Source: Candidatus Omnitrophota bacterium (GTDB lineage: Bacteria; Omnitrophota; Gorgyraeia; Zapsychrales; JANLHA01). From it: a DNA stretch of 64,000 nt. Position 1 is the stretch's first letter; each line of letters opens with the position of its first letter. The position numbers and the translations under genes are program-made. Shown piece by piece: positions 19,555 to 29,594 of this stretch. Under the pieces are notes generated by a model. That model ran no database searches and was not told the origin of the DNA. It saw only the letters and a program-made list of their open reading frames with translations. The stretch spans positions 12,769-76,768 of the forward strand of contig JAHFFT010000003.1 of the NCBI GenBank assembly GCA_023247795.1. The letters are read 5' to 3'.

Positions 19555-20376
19555 ATGTCCTTTAACCGACTGGTGAGTTCAACGATCTTGATTGCCATGA
19601 CGACGATCGCGGTCATCAATCAATGGATTTTTCTGATTGTTGTTTTGTCCTTGACCCTCGGTGGATTATACGAGTTTTTTTATATGGTCAAGAAAAAAAA
19701 TATCCCCATTTACAGTTATGTGGGGATTTTCATCGGGGTCTTGATCCCCTTGTCCATTTTTTTTCGTTTTGAACCGACCAAGAATTGGGAACTGTTGTTC
19801 ATTGTTCTCGCCTTTTTGACCATTTTGTTTTTACAATTCGCCCGTCATGACAATAGCAATGCCATCATCGGCATTTCCACCACGATGTTTGGCGTGTTTT
19901 ATGTTTCTTGGGCTTTCAGTTTTTTGATCAAGATACGTTTCCTTTTGCCTGGCACCGATGGGGTAAAATTGTTGGCGTTCATTCTTTTGGTCACCAAATG
20001 CGGTGATATGGGTGCTCTATTGATTGGTTCGTGGCTGGGCAAACATCCTTTGTTCCCGCGGATCAGTCCGAATAAGTCGGTGGAAGGAAGTGTTGGCAGT
20101 TTTGTTTTTAGCATTGGGTCGGCCTTGATCTTCAGTTCATTTTTGCCAGGTGACATTGCTTTTCCGCTATGGCACGTGGTGCTGATCGGAGCCTTTTTTG
20201 GCGGCATTGGACAGGTGGGAGATTTATCCGAATCGCTCATCAAACGCGATTGCAACGTGAAAGATTCCGGAAAATTCCTGCCGTCGCAGGGAGGGGTGCT
20301 GGATATCATCGACAGTCTGCTTTTTTCCGCACCAGCATTTTACCTTTACATGAGTTCGGTTTTGAAGACCGTTTAA
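19555..20376 (+). CDS. cdsA: Phosphatidate cytidylyltransferase
   Basis: ISPNKSVEG, GDLSESLIKR..VKDSG, GGVLD..DS. Confidence 0.95.
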   Translation: MSFNRLVSSTILIAMTTIAVINQWIFLIVVLSLTLGGLYEFFYMVKKKNIPIYSYVGIFIGVLIPLSIFFRFEPTKNWELLFIVLAFLTILFLQFARHDNSNAIIGISTTMFGVFYVSWAFSFLIKIRFLLPGTDGVKLLAFILLVTKCGDMGALLIGSWLGKHPLFPRISPNKSVEGSVGSFVFSIGSALIFSSFLPGDIAFPLWHVVLIGAFFGGIGQVGDLSESLIKRDCNVKDSGKFLPSQGGVLDIIDSLLFSAPAFYLYMSSVLKTV

Positions 20377-20411
20377 GAATTTTGGATTGGATCGGACCTT
20401 AAGCGCGTGCT

Positions 20412-21572
20412 ATGAAGCAAAAGGATTTTAAAAAAGTTGTTATTTTAGGTTCCACTGGTTCGATTGGCATCAGCACCTTAAAGGTCATTGCCCGTTATTC
20501 AGAACAATTTAAGATTGTTGGGTTGACCGCGTACAACAACATTGACATTTTACTAAGGCAGGTCAAAAATTTTCAGCCCCGTTATGTGGCTGTTCCTCGA
20601 GCGGGACAGGCTAAGCTTAAAGCAGGCCTGAACGGTTTTTTGGTAAAGATTCTCGATGTGAATTGTGATCTCCCCGAACTGGTAAGCCGGCGGGAAGTGG
20701 ATATCGTGGTGATTGGTATGCGGGGCAGTGAGGCCTTAATCCCGTTTCTGAGCGCTGTGCGCGCTGGGAAGACCGTTGCCCCGGCCAACAAAGAAGCCCT
20801 GGTGGTGGCTGGTGATCTCCTGATGAAGGAGGCGCAAAAGCACGGGGCCAAGATCATTCCTGTTGACAGCGAGCAGAGCGCGATTTTTCAGTGTCTGGAG
20901 GGGCGTCCGCACAAAGAAATCAAACGCGTTTATCTGACGGCTTCTGGAGGGGCCTTACGCAAGGTTCCCCAGCGAAAATTCGCTGAGTTGACGGTGAAGG
21001 AAGTTTTAAATCATCCTCGCTGGCGGATGGGAAAAAAAATCACTGTGGATTCAGCGCTTTTGATGAATAAGGGTTTTGAGGTCATTGAAGCAAAGCGGCT
21101 GTTCCAGCTTGACGTCAATCAGATTGAAGTGGTGCTTCATCCCGAGGCGATCATTCACTCAATGGTCGGTTTTAAAGACGGATCGGTTTTGGCGCAATTG
21201 GGGGTGACTGACATGCGCCTGCCGATCCAATATGCCTTGACTTATCCGCGGCGTTTGCCGACCGGACTTAAAGATTTGAATTTTTTTGAATTGAAATCTT
21301 TGACTTTCGAACGGCCAGACATTAAAAAGTTTCCAGCGCTTTCGTTGTGCCTGGAGGTGGCAAAAGCGGACGGTACGCTGCCCAGTGTTCTCAATGCCGC
21401 TGATGAGGTGGCGGTCGAGGCCTTTTTAGACCTGCAGATTTCATTCTCGCGGATTTATCCGTTGGTTGAAAAGGTCGTGCGTCGGCATAAGAATTGCCGC
21501 CATCCCCAATTGAACGACATTCGCAATGCCGATCTGTGGGCGCGAGAAGAGACCAAAAGATTATTAAATTGA
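20412..21572 (+). CDS. dxr: 1-deoxy-D-xylulose-5-phosphate reductoisomerase
   Basis: LGSTGSIG, ANKE, PVDSE, LTASGG, NKGFEVIEA. Confidence 0.97.
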   Translation: MKQKDFKKVVILGSTGSIGISTLKVIARYSEQFKIVGLTAYNNIDILLRQVKNFQPRYVAVPRAGQAKLKAGLNGFLVKILDVNCDLPELVSRREVDIVVIGMRGSEALIPFLSAVRAGKTVAPANKEALVVAGDLLMKEAQKHGAKIIPVDSEQSAIFQCLEGRPHKEIKRVYLTASGGALRKVPQRKFAELTVKEVLNHPRWRMGKKITVDSALLMNKGFEVIEAKRLFQLDVNQIEVVLHPEAIIHSMVGFKDGSVLAQLGVTDMRLPIQYALTYPRRLPTGLKDLNFFELKSLTFERPDIKKFPALSLCLEVAKADGTLPSVLNAADEVAVEAFLDLQISFSRIYPLVEKVVRRHKNCRHPQLNDIRNADLWAREETKRLLN

Positions 21573-21585
21573 AAAGGAAAACCCG

Positions 21586-22665
21586 ATGAGTTTGATTATT
21601 TTTTTAACTGTTTTGAGCATTTTGATCATTGTGCATGAGTGGGGGCATTATATCGCCGCCAAAAAGGTGGGGGTAACGGTTGAGAAATTTTCCGTCGGGT
21701 TTGGTCCAAAATTATTTTCAAAAAATTTTCAAGGGACCGAGTTCATGGTTTCGGCGATTCCCTTGGGCGGATTTGTTAAGTTGGCTGGAGATGAGCGTAG
21801 TCAATGCAAAGGCGATCCGAGAGAATTCTATTCTCATCCAGTGTGGCATCGGGCCTTGATTGTCTTGATGGGCCCGGTGATCAATGTGGTCTTTGCTTAT
21901 CTTTGTTTTTATTGCATTTTTTTGACCGGGTTTCCGATGCTTTCGACAACCATCGGCAAGGTGATGGACGGATATCCGGCCGCGGAAGCGGAGTTACGAG
22001 AGGGAGATAAAATCCTGCAGATCAATCATGTCCCGATTCTCGGTTGGGACGACGTGCAAAAGATGGTCCGCTCGTCGAATGGAACGATGAATGTTGTTTT
22101 TGAGCGCAACGGTCAAGAGTTGACGAAGGTGATTGAGCCGCAAGTCAGCGAGGTCCCCAATATTTTTGGTCAAAAGCAAAAATTGCACGTGATTGGAATC
22201 CAACCGACCGAGCAAATCGTTTTTTTGAAATACGGCCCTGTTCAATCCATCGGCAAAGCTTATCAGCAGATTGTGGATTTGACCACGATGACAGTGAAAT
22301 CGCTTTATTATGTTTTTGTCGGTGCTTTGCCGGCCAAAGACGCCTTGGCCGGTCCCATTCGGATTTTTGACGTGATTAAGAATGCCGCGGACAAGGGATT
22401 GCCGTATTTGATTTATATCATGGCCGTGATCAGCCTCAGTCTGGCGATTTTTAATTTGTTTCCGATCCCGGTCTTAGACGGCGGCCATCTGTTTTTGTTG
22501 GCCGTCGAAAAAGTCAGGGGCCGGCCGCTTTCGGTCAAGATGGAAGAGGGGTTGACGCGGGCGGGGTTCAGCTTGATCCTGTGTTTGATGGTTTTTGTCC
22601 TTTATAATGATGTGGTGCAGGTCGGCTGGGTCGACGCTGTTAAAGGGTTTTTTCATAAGTTGTAA
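21586..22665 (+). CDS. rseP: RIP metalloprotease RseP (M50 + PDZ)
   Basis: HEWGH, NLFPIPVLDGG, PDZ segment. Confidence 0.95.
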   Translation: MSLIIFLTVLSILIIVHEWGHYIAAKKVGVTVEKFSVGFGPKLFSKNFQGTEFMVSAIPLGGFVKLAGDERSQCKGDPREFYSHPVWHRALIVLMGPVINVVFAYLCFYCIFLTGFPMLSTTIGKVMDGYPAAEAELREGDKILQINHVPILGWDDVQKMVRSSNGTMNVVFERNGQELTKVIEPQVSEVPNIFGQKQKLHVIGIQPTEQIVFLKYGPVQSIGKAYQQIVDLTTMTVKSLYYVFVGALPAKDALAGPIRIFDVIKNAADKGLPYLIYIMAVISLSLAIFNLFPIPVLDGGHLFLLAVEKVRGRPLSVKMEEGLTRAGFSLILCLMVFVLYNDVVQVGWVDAVKGFFHKL

Positions 22666-22779
22666 ATTACTGACTTTTTCAAAAGTAAGAATTTTTATTG
22701 TAGTCAGTATAACGACCTTCGTTTTTTAAAAATTTTGTTCTATTAGCTGTACGAAGGTCAATGAACGAAAGGATGATCC

Positions 22780-24069
22780 ATGAATGAGAAGGAACTCAGA
22801 GCGCTTGTTCATCGGTATTTGATTGAACGCACCGATTTTTTAATTAAAAAAGATAAAATGTCGGATGATCAAATGCGGACATTTATTGACCGGGCGATTA
22901 CCGATTTGTGTTATGAAAAAGAAATTGAACTGCCAACGGAGCTGCGGATTTCTTTGATCCGGGACATCGTGAGTGCTATGGTCAGTTTGGGGCCGATCCG
23001 TTCACTCATTGAAGATAAGGACGTGACCGAGATCATGATCAATGGCGCGAATTATGTTTATGTTCAGCGCCAGGGTGTCATCGAACGGACCAATGTGAAG
23101 TTTAACAGCAATCAGGAACTGACGCATACGATTCAAAAGCTATTGTCGAATTCCGGCTCCAACCGTCGGGTTGATGAATCATCCCCTTATGTTGATTTTT
23201 CGCTGGCGGATGGTTCGCGGGTCAATGTGATTTTGCCGCCGGTTTCTTTATCTGGACCAGTCATGACCATTCGTAAATTCGCATCGGATATCACCACCAT
23301 CGACGATCTTTTGACTAAACAGATGTTGAATAAGGAAATGGCGGTTTTATTGATCTCGGCGATGAAGGCGAAACTCAACGTTGTTTTCTGCGGGGCCACG
23401 GGTACGGGAAAGACGACCGCGCTCAACGTTTTGTCGCGGCATATCCCGGAAAAGGAACGGATCATTACCATTGAAGATACCCCGGAATTGCGGCTTTTGC
23501 AGGAACATGTGGTGTCTTTGCAGGCCAAACCCGCCAACATCGAGGGCAAGGGCACGATCAGCATTCGAGACCTTTTCATCAATTCGCTGCGGATGCGTCC
23601 GGATCGGATCATCCTCGGTGAGGTGAGAGGCCTGGAAATGTTGGATTTGATCCAATCGATCAGCAGCGGACACGCGGGATCGCTGGCGATTGTGCATGCT
23701 GAATCGCCGGAAGACTGTTTTAACCGGATGGTCACGATGATGCTCATGTCCGGGATCCAATTGGGAACCCAGGAAATCCAAAAACAGATTGCCCGCGCCA
23801 TTGATCTGATCGCGCATATCGAGTTGTTTCCAGACGGAGTTCGTCGCATTACGAATTTGACCGATATCCGTTTCGATAAAGCGATCCAAAAAACGGTCCT
23901 GGAGGATGTTTTCTCTTTTAAACAGCAAAATGTTTTAGAAGACGGCCGGATCGTTGGTCAATGGATCAAAAACAGCCGCTGCCCGTCTTTTTATAAGAAA
24001 TTCGCGAAACGATTTGTTAAACTTCCCGATGGGTTTTTCAGCGCGGACGTCATCAGCGAGGACAGTTAA
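22780..24069 (+). CDS. cpaF: TadA/CpaF-family secretion ATPase
   Basis: VTEIMING, DGSRVN, GATGTGKTT, TIED..EL, LRMRPDRIILGEVRG, GH.GS...H. Confidence 0.93.
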   Translation: MNEKELRALVHRYLIERTDFLIKKDKMSDDQMRTFIDRAITDLCYEKEIELPTELRISLIRDIVSAMVSLGPIRSLIEDKDVTEIMINGANYVYVQRQGVIERTNVKFNSNQELTHTIQKLLSNSGSNRRVDESSPYVDFSLADGSRVNVILPPVSLSGPVMTIRKFASDITTIDDLLTKQMLNKEMAVLLISAMKAKLNVVFCGATGTGKTTALNVLSRHIPEKERIITIEDTPELRLLQEHVVSLQAKPANIEGKGTISIRDLFINSLRMRPDRIILGEVRGLEMLDLIQSISSGHAGSLAIVHAESPEDCFNRMVTMMLMSGIQLGTQEIQKQIARAIDLIAHIELFPDGVRRITNLTDIRFDKAIQKTVLEDVFSFKQQNVLEDGRIVGQWIKNSRCPSFYKKFAKRFVKLPDGFFSADVISEDS

Positions 24070-24072
24070 GAC

Positions 24073-25278
24073 GTGTATTGGAGCAAATATTTCATACCCA
24101 CTTTGAAGGAAACGCCGGGAGGGACCGAGGCCATCAGTCATCAGTTGTTGTTGCGGGCTGGTCTGGTCAATATGCTTACGTCGGGGGTGTATTCTTATTT
24201 GCCTTTGGGCTTGCGGGTCTTGCGTCGGATCGAAACCATCATCCGCGAGGAGATGGAGATCATCGGCGCGCGAGAATTGTTCTTGCCGTGTCTGCAGCCG
24301 ATTGAGTTATGGCACACCACCGGCCGTGACCAGACGTTCAAAGAAGTGATGATCCGGTTTGAAGACAAACGCGGTCGTCCGATGTGCTTGGGGCCAACGC
24401 ATGAGGAAGTGATCACGGATTTGGTTAAGCAATACGTTCAATCTTATCGGCAGCTGCCGGTGACCTTGTATCAAATCCAGACGAAATTTCGCGACGAGAT
24501 CCGACCACGTTTTGGGATCGTTCGCGCCTGTGAGTTTATGATGAAGGACGCTTATAGCTTTGATCGTGATCAGGCCGGCCTGCAAAAAAATTATGATTTG
24601 ATGTTCGTGGCATATAAAAAAATTTTTAGACGATGTGGTTTAGATGTCGTGATCATCGAGGCGGATTCGGGAGCCATGGGTGGAAGTCTGTCGCATGAAT
24701 TCCTTGTTCCCGCCCCTATCGGTGAGGATGAGGTGGTCATTAAAAAAGAAGGGAAAGAAGAACGCCAGGTCGCGATTGAATTGGGGCATATTTTTCAGCT
24801 GGGTACGAAATACAGCCAGGCCCAGCAGGCGTTGTTCCTCGATGAAGACGGTAAGCGCAAACCTTTGATCATGGGTTGTTACGGGATTGGCGTGAGCCGT
24901 TTGATCGCGGCGGTCATTGAAAAAAATCATGATCCGGCGGGAATCGTCTGGCCGCGGGAAGTCTCGCCCTTTGATGTCCAGATATTGCCTGTGCAAGTTA
25001 AAGAAAAGGAGTTATTGCAGGTCAGTGAAGAGATCTATCGAGAGTTAGAAAAACAGGGTTTTCAGGTCCTCTTGGATGACCGGGATGAAAGCGCCGGCCG
25101 CAAGTTCAACGATGCTGATCTGATTGGGATTCCTTATCGGATTGTGCTAGGAAAGCATTTCCTTAAGGAAGGGAAGCTGGAGATAAAAGATCGTCGGTCC
25201 GGAACCACGGAAATGGTTGACAAAGCCGGGCTGATTGCTACAATGCACCATCTCCTGAAGAACCGGCAAGTGAGTTGA
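24073..25278 (+). CDS. proS: Prolyl-tRNA synthetase, short form without the INS editing domain
   Basis: GPTHEE, FRDEIRPRFG, GHIFQLG, MGCYGIG; 401 aa. Confidence 0.96.
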   Translation: MYWSKYFIPTLKETPGGTEAISHQLLLRAGLVNMLTSGVYSYLPLGLRVLRRIETIIREEMEIIGARELFLPCLQPIELWHTTGRDQTFKEVMIRFEDKRGRPMCLGPTHEEVITDLVKQYVQSYRQLPVTLYQIQTKFRDEIRPRFGIVRACEFMMKDAYSFDRDQAGLQKNYDLMFVAYKKIFRRCGLDVVIIEADSGAMGGSLSHEFLVPAPIGEDEVVIKKEGKEERQVAIELGHIFQLGTKYSQAQQALFLDEDGKRKPLIMGCYGIGVSRLIAAVIEKNHDPAGIVWPREVSPFDVQILPVQVKEKELLQVSEEIYRELEKQGFQVLLDDRDESAGRKFNDADLIGIPYRIVLGKHFLKEGKLEIKDRRSGTTEMVDKAGLIATMHHLLKNRQVS

Positions 25279-25286
25279 GGACGGCC

Positions 25287-25757
25287 ATGACGTTAATCGA
25301 TGAGCTGAAAGAGAAAGTTCAGGATTGTGTCGTTACGATTTTAGTGGGTTCAGAGATTGATTTGGTGCATTTGCGGGTTAAGCGCAGGAACCGGGATTTT
25401 CTCATTGAGGTCTTTGTTGACAAACCTCTGGGGGGGATCACACTCCAGCAGTGCGCGGAATTGAATAAAATCATTATTCAGAAGATTGATGAAGGAAATT
25501 TGGTCGCCGGAATCGCGGGAAATTATTTTTTAGAGGTCTGTTCGCCCGGGATTGATTGGCCGATGAAGACAGAAAAGGATTTCTTACGGGCCTTGAACCG
25601 TCGGGTTCGTGTGTTTTTGAATGAACCGGTTGATCGTCATCTCGAATTTGAGGGAGTCGTTCAAGCCGTTAGCCACGAAGATGTTTCGATGGGCATGAAA
25701 CAGGGCGTTATGGCCATCCCCTTTTCAAATATTAGGAAGGGTATACAAGTTGTCTGA
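25287..25757 (+). CDS. rimP: Ribosome maturation factor RimP
   Basis: GITL..C, YFLEVCSPGID motif; upstream of nusA. Confidence 0.9.
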   Translation: MTLIDELKEKVQDCVVTILVGSEIDLVHLRVKRRNRDFLIEVFVDKPLGGITLQQCAELNKIIIQKIDEGNLVAGIAGNYFLEVCSPGIDWPMKTEKDFLRALNRRVRVFLNEPVDRHLEFEGVVQAVSHEDVSMGMKQGVMAIPFSNIRKGIQVV

Positions 25758-25895
25758 AGAATAAAATTGAGTCCCGAATCCAATATCCTGTGTAACCCAG
25801 TTATTTTGTGTGAAGGTATTCATAAAGTGGGAATCTTTTTACGAACTGGGAATCTGGGTATCGGGGACGTTGGGTAACTATTAAGGAGAGGAAAG

Positions 25896-27122
25896 ATGGA
25901 TAATCGAGAATTATTGGGAATTTTAGAGCAATTGGAAAGAGATAAAGGCATCAATAAAGAGGTGCTCATTCAGGCGGTTGAGGCCGCGGTTGCTTCAGCG
26001 GCGAGAAAAGTCGCAACGGTTGGCAAAGAGGAAGATGTTCGCGCGGTCTTTGATCTTGCCACCGGACAGCTTAAGGCTTTCGCCGGAAATCATGAGATCC
26101 GTTCCAGTGAATTTGGCCGGATTGCGGCACAGACGGCGAAACAGGTGGTCATTCAGAAAATCCGTGAAGCGGAAAAGGACGTGGTGTATCACGAATACAA
26201 TGCCCGTATTGGGACCATTATCAGCGGCAGCGTCTATCGTTTTGAGCGCGGTAACATCATTGTGGATTTAGGAAAGACCGAAGGATTCATTCCGCGAAGC
26301 GAGCAATCCCCGAAAGAAGAGTTTCGTCAGGGCGATCGTGTTCGCGCGTATGTCTTGGACGTCAACCGCGAGAACCGCGGGGCGCAGATCGTGCTTTCGC
26401 GTTCCAATCCGCAGTTTGTCCGCAAGCTGTTTGAGTTGGAAGTTCCGGAAATTTATGAGGGGATTGTTGAGGTCAAAGCGATCGCGCGCGAAGTCGGCGA
26501 GCGAACCAAGATCGCGGTTTATTCCAAGGACGAGAAGGTGGACTGCGTTGGGGCCTGTGTGGGGATGCGCGGTTCACGGGTTAAAAATATTGTTTCCGAG
26601 CTGCAAGGAGAAAAGATTGATATTGTCCGTTACTCCGATGATATCAAGGAATACATTCAAGCAGCGCTTTCCCCGGCGGAAATTTCACAGATTCAAATCG
26701 ATTCCGATGACAAACGGGCCAATCTTATTGTCGCTGAGGACCAGCTGTCGCTGGCGATCGGCAGAAGGGGCCAGAATGTCCGTTTGGCCAGTGAGCTGGT
26801 GGCCTGGGAACTTAACATCTTCACGGCCAAACAATGGGAAGAAAATCAAAAGGAAGCGAATCAAAACGCTGCTGACGAAAGTGCCAAGGCGGCGACAAAG
26901 GCCAAGAAAAAAGTATCCGCGGACAAGCCGGCAAAAAAGTCAGAGGCTTCTGAATTGCGGAAGTTGAAACGAGTTGGCGTAAAAACGATAAAGGCTTTGC
27001 AGGAAAAGGGTTTTGATTCTTTAAAAAAGATCGCTGAGGCCTCTGCTGATGATTTGGCACAGGTTGAGGGGCTGGCGAAGACCAAAGCTGAGAAGTTGAT
27101 TGAGCAAGCAAAGAAATTTTAG
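25896..27122 (+). CDS. nusA: Transcription factor NusA with C-terminal HhH extension
   Basis: FGRIAAQTAKQ, S1, KH domains (GACVG.RG, AIG..GQN). Confidence 0.97.
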   Translation: MDNRELLGILEQLERDKGINKEVLIQAVEAAVASAARKVATVGKEEDVRAVFDLATGQLKAFAGNHEIRSSEFGRIAAQTAKQVVIQKIREAEKDVVYHEYNARIGTIISGSVYRFERGNIIVDLGKTEGFIPRSEQSPKEEFRQGDRVRAYVLDVNRENRGAQIVLSRSNPQFVRKLFELEVPEIYEGIVEVKAIAREVGERTKIAVYSKDEKVDCVGACVGMRGSRVKNIVSELQGEKIDIVRYSDDIKEYIQAALSPAEISQIQIDSDDKRANLIVAEDQLSLAIGRRGQNVRLASELVAWELNIFTAKQWEENQKEANQNAADESAKAATKAKKKVSADKPAKKSEASELRKLKRVGVKTIKALQEKGFDSLKKIAEASADDLAQVEGLAKTKAEKLIEQAKKF

Positions 27123-27138
27123 TAAGGAATAAAGAAAT

Positions 27139-29496
27139 ATGAAAGTTTCAGAATTAGCTAAAGAATTGAAGACGACCAACGCAGCGGTTCTCGAGCAGCT
27201 TAAGGCCTTGAAATTAAAAGCCAAGGACGGCAATCAGGAATTGAATGGTGCGGTCTTGAGTGTTTTGCGCAGTGCTTTGGCAAAACGGCCGAAAGCGCCT
27301 GCTCAGGAAGAACCGCAGAGTCCTCCCGAGAAGGTCGTGGCTGAGAAAGAGAAGAAAGTCAGTACGAAAAAGAAGACATCGATAAAAGCTGTTTCTAAAA
27401 AATCGGAAGAATCCGCCGCGTCCAAAAAGAAAGAAGTTGCAGCAGCGACGGTGATCAAGGATAAAACTAAAGCAACGACTAAGGAAGTTGACCGGGACGT
27501 CAAGGCGAAGCCGAGGATCAGCCCGCAGCCTTTTGTCGCGCTCAAACCTTTTGCCAAGCGCAAACGAAAAACGCTTGGTAGGGGGGGGAGGGATGAATCT
27601 ACTTCGGAAACACCTGGGGTGTTGAGAAAAGACAGTGAAGACTTTCCCAGACCCATCGGGGATAGCGCTTCGCTTCAGTCTAACGCCGGAGTGCCGACAA
27701 TCGCCTCGGAACAATTGCAGGAAATTGAGATCAATGTTCCCATTTCGGTCGGTGATTTCGCGGTTAAGGTCAAGCAGAAACCCAATGTTGTTTTGAAAAA
27801 ACTTTTATTGATGGGGTTCTTTGCCAACATCAATCAGAATCTCGATCAAGACGTGGTTCAGCGGCTGGCGCAAGATTTCGGATTCAGTCTGGCAAAGGTG
27901 CGAACGCAGGAAGAGCAGATTGTTGAAGAGCATAAGTTTGAAGGAGAGCAGGAAGAGCTTTTGGAGACACGAGCACCAGTCATCACTTTTATGGGACACG
28001 TTGATCATGGCAAGACCTCGCTTTTGGATCAGTTTCGCAAAAGTCGTTTGGTTGATGATGAGCACGGCGGGATTACTCAGCACATCGGCGCATATTCCAT
28101 CAATCTGCCAAAGGGCAGGATCACATTTTTAGATACGCCAGGTCATGAGGCTTTTACAGCGATGCGGGCGCGCGGAGCGTACATCACGGATTTGGTTGTT
28201 TTGGTGATTGCCGCCGACGAGGGGATCATGCCGCAGACCGAAGAAGCCATCAACCATGCCCGGGCCGCTCAGGTACCGATTGTTGTCGCGTTGAACAAGA
28301 TTGATCGGCCGGGAGCCGATATCGACCGGGTTAAAAAACAGTTGAGCGATCACGATTTAAGCCCGGAAGATTGGGGAGGAAAAACGATCTGTGTCGGCGT
28401 TTCCGCCAAGACCGGAGAAGGATTGGATCGGCTTTTGGAAATGATCCTTTTGGAGTCGGAACTTTTGGAATTGCGGGCCAATTCGCAAAAGAAAGCATCT
28501 GGCATTGTCGTCGAGGCGCATTTGAGTCAAGGACGCGGACCGGTTGCCAGTCTCATTGTTCAAAGCGGAACGCTTCGTCCCAATGATTTTGTGGTGGTCG
28601 GACCGTATTATGGCAAGGCGAAAGCCATGTTTGATGATTTGGAGCGGCCGATTTCCGAGGCCGGGCCTTCCACACCCGTCGAGATTCTGGGATTGCCCGG
28701 GGTGCCCGAGGCCGGTGAAATGTTTTATGTGGTGAAAGATGAAAAGCAGGCCAAGGAAATCACGGGAAAGCGTCAAGAGAAATTGAAAGACCAAAAAATG
28801 GGCGCTTATAAAAAGATGATCACCCTGGAAGATATTTATACCCGCATTCAAGAAGGGAAATTGAAGGAATTGAGCATCATCATCAAAGCGGATGTGCAGG
28901 GATCGCTTGAGGCCCTCAAAGATTCTTTGGAAAAGATCCCCAGCGACGAGGTCAAACTCAAATTGATCCACGGCGGGATCGGTGATGTCAACGCCTCCGA
29001 CGTGATTTTGGCCAACGCCTCTTCGGCGATCATCATTGCCTTTCATGTCGATGTCGATCATCGGGCCGTGCAGGAAATGGAAAAGCAACCGGTGGATGTC
29101 CGCCAATACCGCATCATTTATGATGCCGTCAACGATGTGCGTAAGGCCATGGAAGGGCTGCTTGATCCCACCAAGAAACGTAAATTTTTGGCGAAGGTTG
29201 AAGTGCGCCAGGTTTTCAAATTGAGCAAGTCTGGTATCGTGGCTGGCTGTTTTGTCACCAAGGGCAAAATCACTAGGAAGGCGCGTATCGACGTGAAACG
29301 CAACGGCGAAGTTGTTTTCAACGGCACGATTTCTTCGGTGAAACGTTTTAAAGACGACGTGAAAGAAGTTTTGGAAGGGTTTGAATGTGGGATTACCATC
29401 GATAAGTTCAATGCCTTTGAACCCGGCGACATTTTGGAGGCTTACGAAGAGGAAACGATTGCCAGAACGTTGCAGGCAGTGAAGAGTGAAAAGTGA
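27139..29496 (+). CDS. infB: Translation initiation factor IF-2
   Basis: [26 protein letters not shown]. Confidence 0.98.
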   Translation: MKVSELAKELKTTNAAVLEQLKALKLKAKDGNQELNGAVLSVLRSALAKRPKAPAQEEPQSPPEKVVAEKEKKVSTKKKTSIKAVSKKSEESAASKKKEVAAATVIKDKTKATTKEVDRDVKAKPRISPQPFVALKPFAKRKRKTLGRGGRDESTSETPGVLRKDSEDFPRPIGDSASLQSNAGVPTIASEQLQEIEINVPISVGDFAVKVKQKPNVVLKKLLLMGFFANINQNLDQDVVQRLAQDFGFSLAKVRTQEEQIVEEHKFEGEQEELLETRAPVITFMGHVDHGKTSLLDQFRKSRLVDDEHGGITQHIGAYSINLPKGRITFLDTPGHEAFTAMRARGAYITDLVVLVIAADEGIMPQTEEAINHARAAQVPIVVALNKIDRPGADIDRVKKQLSDHDLSPEDWGGKTICVGVSAKTGEGLDRLLEMILLESELLELRANSQKKASGIVVEAHLSQGRGPVASLIVQSGTLRPNDFVVVGPYYGKAKAMFDDLERPISEAGPSTPVEILGLPGVPEAGEMFYVVKDEKQAKEITGKRQEKLKDQKMGAYKKMITLEDIYTRIQEGKLKELSIIIKADVQGSLEALKDSLEKIPSDEVKLKLIHGGIGDVNASDVILANASSAIIIAFHVDVDHRAVQEMEKQPVDVRQYRIIYDAVNDVRKAMEGLLDPTKKRKFLAKVEVRQVFKLSKSGIVAGCFVTKGKITRKARIDVKRNGEVVFNGTISSVKRFKDDVKEVLEGFECGITIDKFNAFEPGDILEAYEEETIARTLQAVKSEK

Positions 29497-29512
29497 ATGG
29501 TGAATGGTAAAA
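29478..29512 (+). repeat. 7-bp tandem array (RGTGAAN) overlapping the infB end
   Basis: agtgaag agtgaaa agtgaat ggtgaat ggtaaaa; related units at 8677-8697 overlap the kdsC end. Confidence 0.7.
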
Positions 29513-29594
29513 AGCGTTTATTCTTCGATCTTGTGAAACGATCCTCAAGCTCCGCATAACCGCATGATCGTTAGAACAGCGAGGAACACCTCCC

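Noticed and set aside
29497-29594. T-box leader before trpS (likewise 63124-63217 before argS)
   Set aside because: Too short, and no GGUGGNACC T-box sequence or terminator.
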